Below are positions 39,779 through 49,451 of a DNA stretch of 64,000 nt, piece by piece. The notes under the pieces were generated by a model, which did not search any database, was not told the DNA's origin, and saw nothing but the letters and a program-made list of their open reading frames with translations. The DNA lies in the sequence record KT895374.1, one strand, 5' to 3'. A program made the translations under genes and the position numbers. The first letter of the stretch is position 1; the number at the start of each line of letters is the position of its first letter.

Positions 39779-41476
39779 TTAAAATTCTTGGACTGCAATA
39801 AATTGGTTACTTGTAGCTAATAATCCAATAATACTAAATGTAGTCTTCATAATTTCAATATCAGTCTTAGATGAATTGATTACATCTGTCTCATAAATAT
39901 CTTCATATTTATCAGTCTTTAAATTATAAATTTTATCCTCTTTAATACATGTATCAATAATTTTGTCTCGATTTTCAATATCATCCACATAACGATTATC
40001 TAAGACTTTCTCATAGGAATAGATAAATGAATTAGACAAGATTTGAAGAAATTGATAAAAAAAGGATTCTCTATCTGATTTATTTGTATGGACTCTTAAT
40101 AACTCTTTATCATTAATTAATTGATTAGCAATTTCAAAGAATTTATCTTCATCTCTAAGAATTCTAGGGATTGTTAAATTTCCACCTGCAACATAACCGA
40201 ATTTCAATGAAGATTTACAAGCATATACTGCATCCTCAAAAAGATACTTTCTAGTTTCTCTTTCCATATCACTTTTTCCACCAATATATAATGTGGCATT
40301 TTGACCTTCTAGATCAGCAATACGTTTTAAGAGTTTAAATTTATCAGAATCAGTATTAATGAATCTTTCTTTTTTATCTAACTCTTTAATTTCATTCTTA
40401 ATTAACTCAATTCTATCTTTTAAATCTTCTTTATTTCCTTTACCTTCAATAAGTTTAGTATCTGTTTCATTACAAATAAACTTTCCACAAGAACCTAAAT
40501 ATTCTTCTGGCTTTAGACCGACTGTTCTTGGATCTTCTTTATTATAAATAGTTGCCCCAAGATAAATTGCTAAATCCTCAAATGCACCCTCTGCATTTTT
40601 ATTTGTGATTGCATAGTCAATTGTAACTACTTCTGTTTTACTCTTCATTCTATTGAGCCTAAAAAAGTTAAATGCAGGTTCATCATAGCCTTTTGAGATA
40701 ACCACCAAAGGTCTTTGTAAAGATACTGCATGTTGGAGAACATTATAAAGTACACTATTAATTTCTTCTTCTTCTAATTTATTATTGGATAAGAAGATAA
40801 GTGGTGAATTATACCTGCATGTAATGTTGTCTTTTTCATTCGCATAAAGGGCTGACATGTAACCTCTTGCTAATTCAATACCATCAGAAATAGTATAATC
40901 ATCATATTCACTAGGAGAGTTTTCTAATGAAATAAATCCATCTCCACCAATTTCTTTATAAATGTTATAAATTAATTCACCAGCGGATTTATCATTATTA
41001 GTTGAAATAGAAGCAATTGATTTAATCTTTTCAAAATTATCTTTAGTAATTGGAGTAGATAATTCTTTAATTTCTTCCATTAAAATTCTTTCAATTCTAT
41101 TTAAAATGTCGATAATATCTTTACTAGGAATCTTATTAGCTTTCATAATTTTTTTCAGATTTCTATATAATGAGCCAGAAATCATAATTGCTGAAGTTGA
41201 TCCATCACCAACTTCTTTAACTAAGTTACGACTAGTTTTTTTAGTAATTTCTAAAATAGTGGATGCAACTCTATCAGAAAATTTAATTTTATCCAAAATA
41301 GAGTAACCATCTTTTGTAATTCTATGTTCGATAGTCATTGGATCTTGAAGGATAGTAGTAGAACCATAAGGTCCTAAACTCTTAGATAAAACATCAGTTA
41401 GTTTATCAAGAATACCCTCAATAATTTCTTCTGTTTTTTCCTCGTTTAATACATTACTTCTAATCTCAATAGTCAT
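39779..41476 (-). CDS. GroEL-like phage chaperonin
   Basis: LGPYGST, ITKDGYSIL, VGDGSTSA, GYVAGG. Confidence 0.93.
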   Translation of the reverse strand: MTIEIRSNVLNEEKTEEIIEGILDKLTDVLSKSLGPYGSTTILQDPMTIEHRITKDGYSILDKIKFSDRVASTILEITKKTSRNLVKEVGDGSTSAIMISGSLYRNLKKIMKANKIPSKDIIDILNRIERILMEEIKELSTPITKDNFEKIKSIASISTNNDKSAGELIYNIYKEIGGDGFISLENSPSEYDDYTISDGIELARGYMSALYANEKDNITCRYNSPLIFLSNNKLEEEEINSVLYNVLQHAVSLQRPLVVISKGYDEPAFNFFRLNRMKSKTEVVTIDYAITNKNAEGAFEDLAIYLGATIYNKEDPRTVGLKPEEYLGSCGKFICNETDTKLIEGKGNKEDLKDRIELIKNEIKELDKKERFINTDSDKFKLLKRIADLEGQNATLYIGGKSDMERETRKYLFEDAVYACKSSLKFGYVAGGNLTIPRILRDEDKFFEIANQLINDKELLRVHTNKSDRESFFYQFLQILSNSFIYSYEKVLDNRYVDDIENRDKIIDTCIKEDKIYNLKTDKYEDIYETDVINSSKTDIEIMKTTFSIIGLLATSNQFIAVQEF

Positions 41477-41497
41477 ATGTTTTTCACCAATCTCTTT

Positions 41498-41800
41498 CTA
41501 AATGATTGTAAATTCAACAGTGTTACTATCTAATAAGTTAACTGATTCTACTGCAGGGTGTTCCTTAATAAATTTTAAACTTTCATTGAAGCTAAATAGT
41601 TTAATAGTACAACTCTTGAAATTACCAGAAGGAGGGTTCTGATTAGAATCAAAACCCTTCACAATATCATAGTTATCTATTTTCTTTAAAATTTCTATGA
41701 TCCGAAAACCATTCTTTTTAAATCGAAGACTCTTTAAAAAGTTTTCAGTATTATCTTCTGAATTTGTTAATTTATTATATAACGCATTATTTTCATTCAT
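41498..41800 (-). CDS. Hypothetical protein
   Basis: 100 aa, SD AAGGGGA. Confidence 0.7.
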   Translation of the reverse strand: MNENNALYNKLTNSEDNTENFLKSLRFKKNGFRIIEILKKIDNYDIVKGFDSNQNPPSGNFKSCTIKLFSFNESLKFIKEHPAVESVNLLDSNTVEFTII

Positions 41801-41837
41801 ATACAGATCCCCTTATATTTTATTAACCCTAAGAGAA

Positions 41838-42098
41838 TCATTTAACCTTATTAGTTTTATTAGTTACTACTTTTTGTTTCTTTTCTGCATCCTCACGAAT
41901 AGCTCTAATTTCTCTAGTTTCTTTTTCTAAAGCTTCTTCCTGTTTCTTTTGTAAACTATAAAGAATTGGAAGTTCCATTGTTACAATTTCGTTATAAGAT
42001 AATTTACCATCAAAAAGTTTTAATAAATAGAGTAAAAATTCAGAATCTTTATTTTGATTGAATTTAACTCTTTTACCTACTCTTCCTTCTCCACCGTA
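41838..42098 (-). CDS. Start-less 86-codon ORF reached by a putative -1 frameshift from the gp26-like gene
   Basis: Slippery CTT TTT TTT at 42106-42098; the -1 frame is open to TGA 41840-41838 (YGGEGRVGKRVKFNQNKDSEFLLYLLKLFDGKLSYNEIVTMELPILY...). Confidence 0.65.
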   Translation of the reverse strand, partial: YGGEGRVGKRVKFNQNKDSEFLLYLLKLFDGKLSYNEIVTMELPILYSLQKKQEEALEKETREIRAIREDAEKKQKVVTNKTNKVK

Positions 42099-43246
42099 AA
42101 AAAAAGCATTTCTTCCATATTGACTCCAACATCACCAAGATCTTTATCACAATTTTTACATTTAGGAGCTTTAATTTTATAATCAATTTTATATTTATCA
42201 GTTCGTTTACCAACAAATTTACCTAATTCTTTATAATCCTTAACACTTAGTTTTTCAATGATATTAAGCATCATATTTAAATCTTCAATTTGAATATAAC
42301 TAACTTTTCCCGTTTGTTTGAAAACTTCAATATCAACAATATAAAGGTTTTTAATAAATAATAGAGTTGTAATAACTGTTTCTTTATCTTCTGAAGAATT
42401 ATCAATTGCTCTTAAGATGTTAAGATGATCTTCAAGAGTTGGAGTTTTAATATCAAATAAAATTTTACTTTCAGGTAGGACAACTCTATCAAAAGTATTT
42501 ACTAATGATTTCTGTACCAATTCAGAAGGCGATTTAGCAGTCTTAGTGATCTTTCGAATATTATCGAAGATCTCTTCATCTTTATAACTAATTAAAGAGT
42601 TATTATCTACCATCACTGGAGTTGTATCTTCACATTTTGCACAAGTAATATCAAATTTAACTTCATCAGGGAATGTTTGACAGTAAATTCCATAGAATAA
42701 CGTATCAAGATCAAATAGTGAAGTAATTTTTAGAAACTCTTGAAAATTAATTTCTCCAACTGAAGTACCATTGATCTTGCTATGAACCATTTGATACAAT
42801 TTTTTTCTATAATTATATTGATCAAGAGTACTATTACTTAGAGAACTAGAGTCAATCATTTTAATTGATTCCATATGAGCTACATAACCAGATTGATTAG
42901 CTACTACCTGATAAGAAGGTTTACCATTAAGTACAAAATCAATATCATTACTAGTTTCAAAAGTAGATTTATCTGATAATGTAATATTAGTGATATCAAT
43001 AGTAATATCTTTTAAAGCTTCACGAATTGATTCTGATTCACTCATATTCTTTTTTTCAGCAGCTTCAAAAGCAAACTCTGGTTCTTCAGGAGTTTGTTCT
43101 ACCTCTGGAATTTCTTCTTTATCTTCTTTCTTTTGTAGTTTTGTTTCATTTGGAACTACTTCTTCTGGATCAATATCAAATTCCTCTAAATCTTCTTTTT
43201 CTTTTAAAGTTTTAATTAAATCCTCACGATTTTTTCTAACAACCAT
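42077..43246 (-). CDS. Baseplate hub assembly chaperone (T4 gp26-like)
   Basis: FDLDTLFYGIYCQTF...ITCAKC and C-terminal CKNC; adjacent to the gp25-like gene. Confidence 0.7.
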   Translation of the reverse strand: MVVRKNREDLIKTLKEKEDLEEFDIDPEEVVPNETKLQKKEDKEEIPEVEQTPEEPEFAFEAAEKKNMSESESIREALKDITIDITNITLSDKSTFETSNDIDFVLNGKPSYQVVANQSGYVAHMESIKMIDSSSLSNSTLDQYNYRKKLYQMVHSKINGTSVGEINFQEFLKITSLFDLDTLFYGIYCQTFPDEVKFDITCAKCEDTTPVMVDNNSLISYKDEEIFDNIRKITKTAKSPSELVQKSLVNTFDRVVLPESKILFDIKTPTLEDHLNILRAIDNSSEDKETVITTLLFIKNLYIVDIEVFKQTGKVSYIQIEDLNMMLNIIEKLSVKDYKELGKFVGKRTDKYKIDYKIKAPKCKNCDKDLGDVGVNMEEMLFFTVEKEE

Positions 43247-43261
43247 TAATGATCACTCTTT

Positions 43262-43690
43262 CTATAAATATATTTTTGATATAATATTACTATTATCTCT
43301 ATCTTTACCAAATACTAAATTAAGAGTATAAACTGATTGATACTCATCATTCCCTGATACCAAAAACTGAATAAATAAAACACTTCTGTTAGATTTATTT
43401 TTAATAGTATTTATCTCAAAATCCACTATATCATTATTAGGTATGAATCTTTCAATTTGATTACTAATGCTACTTTTTAATTCATTCATAGTTATATCAT
43501 CTGAAAATTCAAATTGATAATTCTCTATTCCTACTCCTAGTTCTGGTTGATTAGGGTAAGTACCTCTTTCTATAATAATAATATTCTGAATGGTTTGAGC
43601 TAAAGCTTCTAATTTTTTTCTAGAAGCATTACTACCAAAATTATTTTTTTCTAACAATAATTCATCCTTAAAATCATTCATTAGAATCAT
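43262..43690 (-). CDS. Baseplate wedge protein (T4 gp25 / GpW-like)
   Basis: ERGTYPNQPELGVGIENYQFE motif; late motif at 43719-43730. Confidence 0.8.
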   Translation of the reverse strand: MILMNDFKDELLLEKNNFGSNASRKKLEALAQTIQNIIIIERGTYPNQPELGVGIENYQFEFSDDITMNELKSSISNQIERFIPNNDIVDFEINTIKNKSNRSVLFIQFLVSGNDEYQSVYTLNLVFGKDRDNSNIISKIYL

Positions 43691-43855
43691 CCTTTAAAAC
43701 TTTATTATATATAAAAGATAATATTTTGTTAAACTATCTATTAATTAATAAAAAAAATTATGAATATTCATAATAATATATTATTCAGAGAACATATAAG
43801 TAATAGATATTATATTAAATAATTAAATATTAATAAAGGTGGTATATTAAATATA

Positions 43856-44572
43856 ATGGAATTATTTAGATGTCCTCTATGTATTAATAAATATAATAGT
43901 AAAAAATATTTATATAATCATTTAGAGAATGAGCATAAAAAAGATTTAAATAATTTATCACCAGCACAATATTATTTCAATATTAAAAATAATAAATCTG
44001 GTGGAAGTTGTATTATATGTAAAAAATCAACTAGTTGGAATGATGCTACAGAACGTTATGAAAGACTATGTACTAGAAATAAGGAACAATGTAGAGTTAA
44101 GTATAGAGAAATGTTTAAGCAAAGAATGATGAAAAAATATGGAAAGACTACTTTACTTAATGACCCAGAAGTTCAGCAAAAAATGTTAGATAATAGAAAA
44201 ATATCTGGCGAATATACTTGGAGGGATAGAAAAACTAAAACTAAGTATACAGGTACTTATGAAAAAGAATTCTTAGAATTTTTAGATATTTTTATGAAAT
44301 TTGAACCTTCAGATGTTATTAGTCCTGCCCCTCAAATCTTCTATTATGTTTATAAAGGTAAAAAACATTTTTATATTCCAGACTTTTATATATCATCAAT
44401 AAATACAATAGTGGAAGTAAAATCATATGAAAATAAACATTATAGGGAAAGAGATATTGGTAAAGAAAAAGCAAAAGATAATGCTGTAATTAAAAGTAAT
44501 TATAATTATATTAAAGTACATGATAAAGAATATGATGAGTTCTTCAAATATATTTTTGAATATAATAGTTAA
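43856..44572 (+). CDS. Zinc-finger plus PD-(D/E)XK (TnsA-like) putative endonuclease
   Basis: CPLC..HLENEH C2H2 finger; FYIPDFYI..IVEVKS. Confidence 0.7.
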   Translation: MELFRCPLCINKYNSKKYLYNHLENEHKKDLNNLSPAQYYFNIKNNKSGGSCIICKKSTSWNDATERYERLCTRNKEQCRVKYREMFKQRMMKKYGKTTLLNDPEVQQKMLDNRKISGEYTWRDRKTKTKYTGTYEKEFLEFLDIFMKFEPSDVISPAPQIFYYVYKGKKHFYIPDFYISSINTIVEVKSYENKHYRERDIGKEKAKDNAVIKSNYNYIKVHDKEYDEFFKYIFEYNS

Positions 44573-44692
44573 ATATATATTATTTAATTGTATAAGTTTA
44601 AATATTCTAGTTAGTATTTTCATTAATTAAATAAAAAATTACTAGTATTTTAACAAATTTATATTAAAAACTTAAACCTAGAGGTGTACAAA

Positions 44693-45046
44693 ATGGAAAA
44701 TAAACAAGAAGAAGTAAAAGTAGAAAACCAAACAGATCAAGAAAAACAATTTATTACATTTAATGTTGGTATTAGAGGTACTGGTGAATTTATTACTAAC
44801 ACAAATGTTAAGGATCAATTAACTGTAAATGATATTACAGAAGCATTAGTAACTGTTGAAGCAGATGTACTACAGCGCTTAATTATCTCTTCAAGTGAAG
44901 ATAATATTGTTAGTAACTTAACTAGTTTTATTAAAGCTAAACAGGAAGTACTTGGACAATCTCTACAATTAATTCTTGAACATTGTGGAGTAGAAGAAAG
45001 TAAGCAAAAAGAAATTCTTGATACTTTTAATGAAACTTCAAAGTAA
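44693..45046 (+). CDS. Hypothetical protein
   Basis: SD GAGGTG before ATG 44693; late motif at 44652-44663. Confidence 0.75.
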   Translation: MENKQEEVKVENQTDQEKQFITFNVGIRGTGEFITNTNVKDQLTVNDITEALVTVEADVLQRLIISSSEDNIVSNLTSFIKAKQEVLGQSLQLILEHCGVEESKQKEILDTFNETSK

Positions 45047-45195
45047 TATTAAAAATAAAAATACAATTATGACTTAATATGTCATAATTGTATTTCTCTT
45101 GTTCATTTAATAGTAATAAGTCTAAATTCTTTATAAAAAATATGACTATTACTAACATAAAGTTATTATACAGTGAATGAGAGGATGTAAATTAA

Positions 45196-45711
45196 GTGAG
45201 AAAAAAACTTCTAGTTATTGCTGGTCCATCTGGTTGTGGTAAAAATTATATGACTGATTTATTAGTTAAAGAGCATGGTAATTGGTTTAAACAAATGCCA
45301 CAATATACGACACGAGCAAAAAGAACACCTGACGAAAACACTTATTACTTTGTAGACAAACTCCATTTTAAATTAATCGAAGATAAATTAATTGCAAAAA
45401 CTGAAATTCATGGAGATTTTTACGGAACTCTTCCAACAATGCAAGATAATAAAATTGGTATTGTAATTGCAAATAAATTGGGTATTGAGAACTTAAAGAG
45501 GACTATTGATGAAAATAACTATCAAGTATTTTATTTAGGTATTGATTCTGAAATTCCAGTAAAACGTGAAGATAGAGATGAAACTTATGTGGAAAAAGAA
45601 AGACAAGGATTAAAAGATTTAATGGATACATGGTTAGTTTCAAAAGAAGATAGATTCTTAACAGCTGATGATATTGTTAAAGAATTAATTGATAAAGATT
45701 TTTTATTCTAA
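45196..45711 (+). CDS. Guanylate-kinase-like (d)NMP kinase
   Basis: VIAGPSGCGKN P-loop, YTTRAKR, HGDFYGT. Confidence 0.8.
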   Translation: MRKKLLVIAGPSGCGKNYMTDLLVKEHGNWFKQMPQYTTRAKRTPDENTYYFVDKLHFKLIEDKLIAKTEIHGDFYGTLPTMQDNKIGIVIANKLGIENLKRTIDENNYQVFYLGIDSEIPVKREDRDETYVEKERQGLKDLMDTWLVSKEDRFLTADDIVKELIDKDFLF

Positions 45712-45772
45712 TATAATAAGTAATACCATTAATGGTATTACTTATTATATTTTATTAAGAAAGGTGATAGGA

Positions 45773-46381
45773 ATGAAAGTTAATATTGACGAACTTAAAA
45801 GATTAATAAAAGAACATCCTGACTGGACACAAAAAGAATTGGCTGAAGAATTAAATATTAGTAGATCCTATATTGTTTATTTATTTAATAAATATGATAT
45901 TTCTTATCATAAAAAAAGAATATATGTTAAAAGAAATATTGATAAGCTTAAAAATCTAATAGAAGAACATCCTAACTGGACACAAGAAAAACTAGCTGAA
46001 ACGTTAAATGTAAGTTCGAAAACCATCGGTCGATTAATCAGAGAATATAATTTATCTTATGAAAGAAAATATTATAGAAAGGGGGAAAGTATATACTTAG
46101 ATAAGCTTAAAAAATTAATAGAAGAACATCCTAACTGGACACAAAAAGAATTGGCTGAAGAATTAAACATTTCTCAAACACATATTAACAAATTAATTAA
46201 AAATCATAAAATTCCTTATAAACAAAAGAAAAGAAAAGCATCATACTTAGATAAGCTTAAAAAATTAATAGAAGAACATCCCGATTGGAGTCAAATGAAA
46301 TTAGCAAAAGAGCTAAACATTCATAATGCTACTGTTGGTAGATTGATTAAAAAATATAATTTAAAATATATAAAGAAATAG
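45773..46381 (+). CDS. Tandem HTH-repeat protein (4 repeats)
   Basis: LK.LIEEHP.WTQ.ELAE.LN repeat x4; start at ATG 45773 with SD AAGGTGA. Confidence 0.85.
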   Translation: MKVNIDELKRLIKEHPDWTQKELAEELNISRSYIVYLFNKYDISYHKKRIYVKRNIDKLKNLIEEHPNWTQEKLAETLNVSSKTIGRLIREYNLSYERKYYRKGESIYLDKLKKLIEEHPNWTQKELAEELNISQTHINKLIKNHKIPYKQKKRKASYLDKLKKLIEEHPDWSQMKLAKELNIHNATVGRLIKKYNLKYIKK

Positions 46382-46392
46382 AGGTCAATTAG

Positions 46393-47736
46393 ATGAAAAT
46401 TAATATTGAAGAGCTTAAAAAATTAATAGAAGAACATCCTAACTGGGATCAAAAAGAATTAGCTAAAGAACTAAATACTAATAGCCCCCATATATCTTAT
46501 TTAATAAGAAAATATAAGATCCCCTATAAACAAAAGAAAATAAAGAGTATATACGTTGATAAGCTTAAAAAATTAATAGAAGAATATCCTGACTGGACAC
46601 AAGCACAATTAGCTAAAGAATTAAATACTAGACAAAGCAATATAGGTCGTCTAATTAATAAATACAATATCCCTTATTATAAAAAGAATAAAGATATTGA
46701 AGAGCTTAAGAGACTAATAGAAGAATATCCTGACTGGACACAAGCACAATTAGCTAAAGAATTAAATACTAGCCTTAGTAATATTAGTTATTTGATTAAA
46801 AAGTATAATATTCTCTATCAAAGAAAAAAAAGAGATGCAGAATTAGATGTAGTTACTCTTAAAAAATTAATAAATGAAAACCCTGAACTTAAACTAAAGG
46901 AACTAGCAGAAGAGCTAAATACTCATATTGGCTATATCAGTTATCTAATTAAAAAATATAATATTGTTTATAAAAATAAAAGCCACTTAATGAGATTAAA
47001 TATTGAAGAACTTAAAAATCTAATAGAAAAACATCCTGACTGGACACAAGAAAAGCTAGCGAAGGAGATGGGTACTAATACCTCCTATATATCTTATTTA
47101 ATAAGAAAATATAAGATTTCCTATGAACAAAAGACAAAGAAAGAAATAGACATTAATAGACTTAAAAATCTAATAGAAAAACATCCTGACTGGACACAAA
47201 AGAGATTAGCAGAAGAATTAAATGCTACTTTAAATTATATTAGTTTATTAATTAAGGAAAATGATATCCCTTACCGCAGAAAGAAGAGTAGTTTCTCAAA
47301 AGATATAGACATTAATAGACTTAAAAATCTAATAGAAGAACATCCCGACTGGACACAAAAGAGATTAGCAGAAGAATTAAATATCTATCCTACTACTGTA
47401 TGGAGATTAATTAAAGAACATAGATTAAATTATAATAAAAGAGTAGATTTAAATATTAATATACTTAAAAATCTAATAGAAGAACATCCCGACTGGACGT
47501 ATAGGGAATTAGCTGAAAAGTTAGGTTATTCACATAGTTATATAGGAGATTTGATTAAAAAATATAATTTAAAATATAAAATTAACAGAAGTAAATTAAA
47601 TATTAACGAGCTTAAAAGACTAATAGAAGAACATCCTGACTGGACGCAAGAGGAATTGGCTGAAAAACTAAACACTAGTCGAACAACTATTAATAGATTG
47701 ATTAAAAAATATAATTTAAAATATAAAAAGAAATAA
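46393..47736 (+). CDS. Tandem HTH-repeat protein (9 repeats)
   Basis: Same repeat x9; near-identical DNA blocks between units. Confidence 0.88.
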   Translation: MKINIEELKKLIEEHPNWDQKELAKELNTNSPHISYLIRKYKIPYKQKKIKSIYVDKLKKLIEEYPDWTQAQLAKELNTRQSNIGRLINKYNIPYYKKNKDIEELKRLIEEYPDWTQAQLAKELNTSLSNISYLIKKYNILYQRKKRDAELDVVTLKKLINENPELKLKELAEELNTHIGYISYLIKKYNIVYKNKSHLMRLNIEELKNLIEKHPDWTQEKLAKEMGTNTSYISYLIRKYKISYEQKTKKEIDINRLKNLIEKHPDWTQKRLAEELNATLNYISLLIKENDIPYRRKKSSFSKDIDINRLKNLIEEHPDWTQKRLAEELNIYPTTVWRLIKEHRLNYNKRVDLNINILKNLIEEHPDWTYRELAEKLGYSHSYIGDLIKKYNLKYKINRSKLNINELKRLIEEHPDWTQEELAEKLNTSRTTINRLIKKYNLKYKKK

Positions 47737-47746
47737 GGAGATAAAT

Positions 47747-48166
47747 ATGACTATTGAAGAATATGAAAGTTTTGGAATAGCAGGTGCTGGTAGAAAGAAA
47801 AATTGGATGGAAAATATAAAAGTATATAAAAATTTTATAGAAGTAACTTATATTTTTAACCATCTTGAATTTCTTGATTTATTTGATCGACCATATTTTC
47901 CAAAATTTGATGAATTTAAAAACTATTTCGAAGGAGCAAGATCAATAGAGTTAGATGACCTAGAAGGATTTTTTAATGAACATATTGAGTCTCCTTATCG
48001 TATAGAATGTACTTCAAAGAATAGATATGTTACATTAAATTTAGATGAAGAACCTATCCCTAGACCTATAAGAGAATGTAGGTTTATATTTTATTATGAT
48101 AAAAATCATGAAAACTACAAAAGATTTTTAAGGGAATTAGTTATACCTAGCCTTCAAAATATTTAA
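47747..48166 (+). CDS. Hypothetical protein (paralogue A)
   Basis: Shares YFPK, RSIEL.DL.GFFNE, PYRIE and FIFYYDKNHE with the next gene. Confidence 0.8.
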   Translation: MTIEEYESFGIAGAGRKKNWMENIKVYKNFIEVTYIFNHLEFLDLFDRPYFPKFDEFKNYFEGARSIELDDLEGFFNEHIESPYRIECTSKNRYVTLNLDEEPIPRPIRECRFIFYYDKNHENYKRFLRELVIPSLQNI

Positions 48167-48183
48167 TGAATAGGGGGATAAAT

Positions 48184-48594
48184 ATGATTATTGAGGAATA
48201 TGGATCTTTTGAAAAAGATATTTATGAAAATATAATGTGGAGTGAAAATAAATTATTGCATAATAATCTCATAGAAGTGACATTTAATCTTATTAATAAA
48301 GAGCTAACTGACGGAATTAGTCAAACCTATTTTCCAAAATATAATAAATTTATTGATCGTTTCAAGGGGGTAAGATCAATAGAATTAGTTGATCTAAAAG
48401 GATTTTTTAATGAAAATATTGATTTTCCTTATCGTATAGAATATAAAGCAAAAAGTAAACGTACAACTGTTTCAAATATAGATATTTCTAAATCTGTAAA
48501 AGACTATAGGTTTATATTTTATTATGATAAAAATCATGAAGATTATAAAAAATTTTTAAAGGAAATAATTGAGTCTAAACTTAATAATATCTAA
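48184..48594 (+). CDS. Hypothetical protein (paralogue B)
   Basis: Start reassigned to MIIEEY with SD GGGGA. Confidence 0.8.
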   Translation: MIIEEYGSFEKDIYENIMWSENKLLHNNLIEVTFNLINKELTDGISQTYFPKYNKFIDRFKGVRSIELVDLKGFFNENIDFPYRIEYKAKSKRTTVSNIDISKSVKDYRFIFYYDKNHEDYKKFLKEIIESKLNNI

Positions 48595-48661
48595 AAATTT
48601 TAGAGTTATCTACAACAGATAATTATAATTTATTGTAGATAACTCTAAAGGGGTAATAGTT

Positions 48662-49429
48662 TTGAATTTATATGAAAAACATAATTATACAAATAAAAAT
48701 ATTTTATATTTAAAAAATAATATAGTTTATGAATATGATATGGTAAACGCAGGAATAAATATCTTATTTCATAACAATGTTTTAAATAAACAGCAAGTAG
48801 ACAGATTAAATAATATGGAAAAGTTAGAAAAAAATATAACAGTAGGTAAATTTCTTAAGAAAAATAAAAGTATAAATGATGGTCTAATAAAGGAATTTAT
48901 AAACATTAGAAAGCATCTATTTGAATTAAATAATATAGAAAATAAAGATGTTTTATCTATTAAAAAAGATGCTATATTTCTTATAAATAAAGAATTAGAA
49001 CATCTTGAATTAAATGAGAACTATAAATTTCAAGAAAAAAATAAATATACCGCCTTTATACAAATTAACAATAAAGAATTTTTCTATGATCCAAAAAAAG
49101 AAGAATTTGATATTAAGGGTTTTAGTAAGAATATTAAAGATCATCATGTAAATTTTCTTTTTAAAGAATTAAGAGAAATAATGCTATTAGACATGAATAA
49201 TAATTCAAGAGAAGTATTTGAGAGATTACTAACATTAAAATATGAATTTCTAGAAAAGCAACTAGATAAAGGTTATTATCTAGACATTCAACAGGGAAAT
49301 TATATTATAAAATTAAATGACACATTTACCTACTCATTAGAAAACATTAATAAAGAAACAATAAAACATTGTTTAATAGATAATAATCTTAACTTTATAG
49401 TTAATATGATAAAAATATTAGTTTCATAA
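48662..49429 (+). CDS. Family-B DNA polymerase palm-like protein (short/split subunit)
   Basis: EYDMVNAG (motif A-like) and SIKKDAIF (motif C-like); only 255 aa. Confidence 0.55.
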   Translation: MNLYEKHNYTNKNILYLKNNIVYEYDMVNAGINILFHNNVLNKQQVDRLNNMEKLEKNITVGKFLKKNKSINDGLIKEFINIRKHLFELNNIENKDVLSIKKDAIFLINKELEHLELNENYKFQEKNKYTAFIQINNKEFFYDPKKEEFDIKGFSKNIKDHHVNFLFKELREIMLLDMNNNSREVFERLLTLKYEFLEKQLDKGYYLDIQQGNYIIKLNDTFTYSLENINKETIKHCLIDNNLNFIVNMIKILVS

Positions 49430-49451
49430 CTTAGCAGAAATAATTGTTAGG

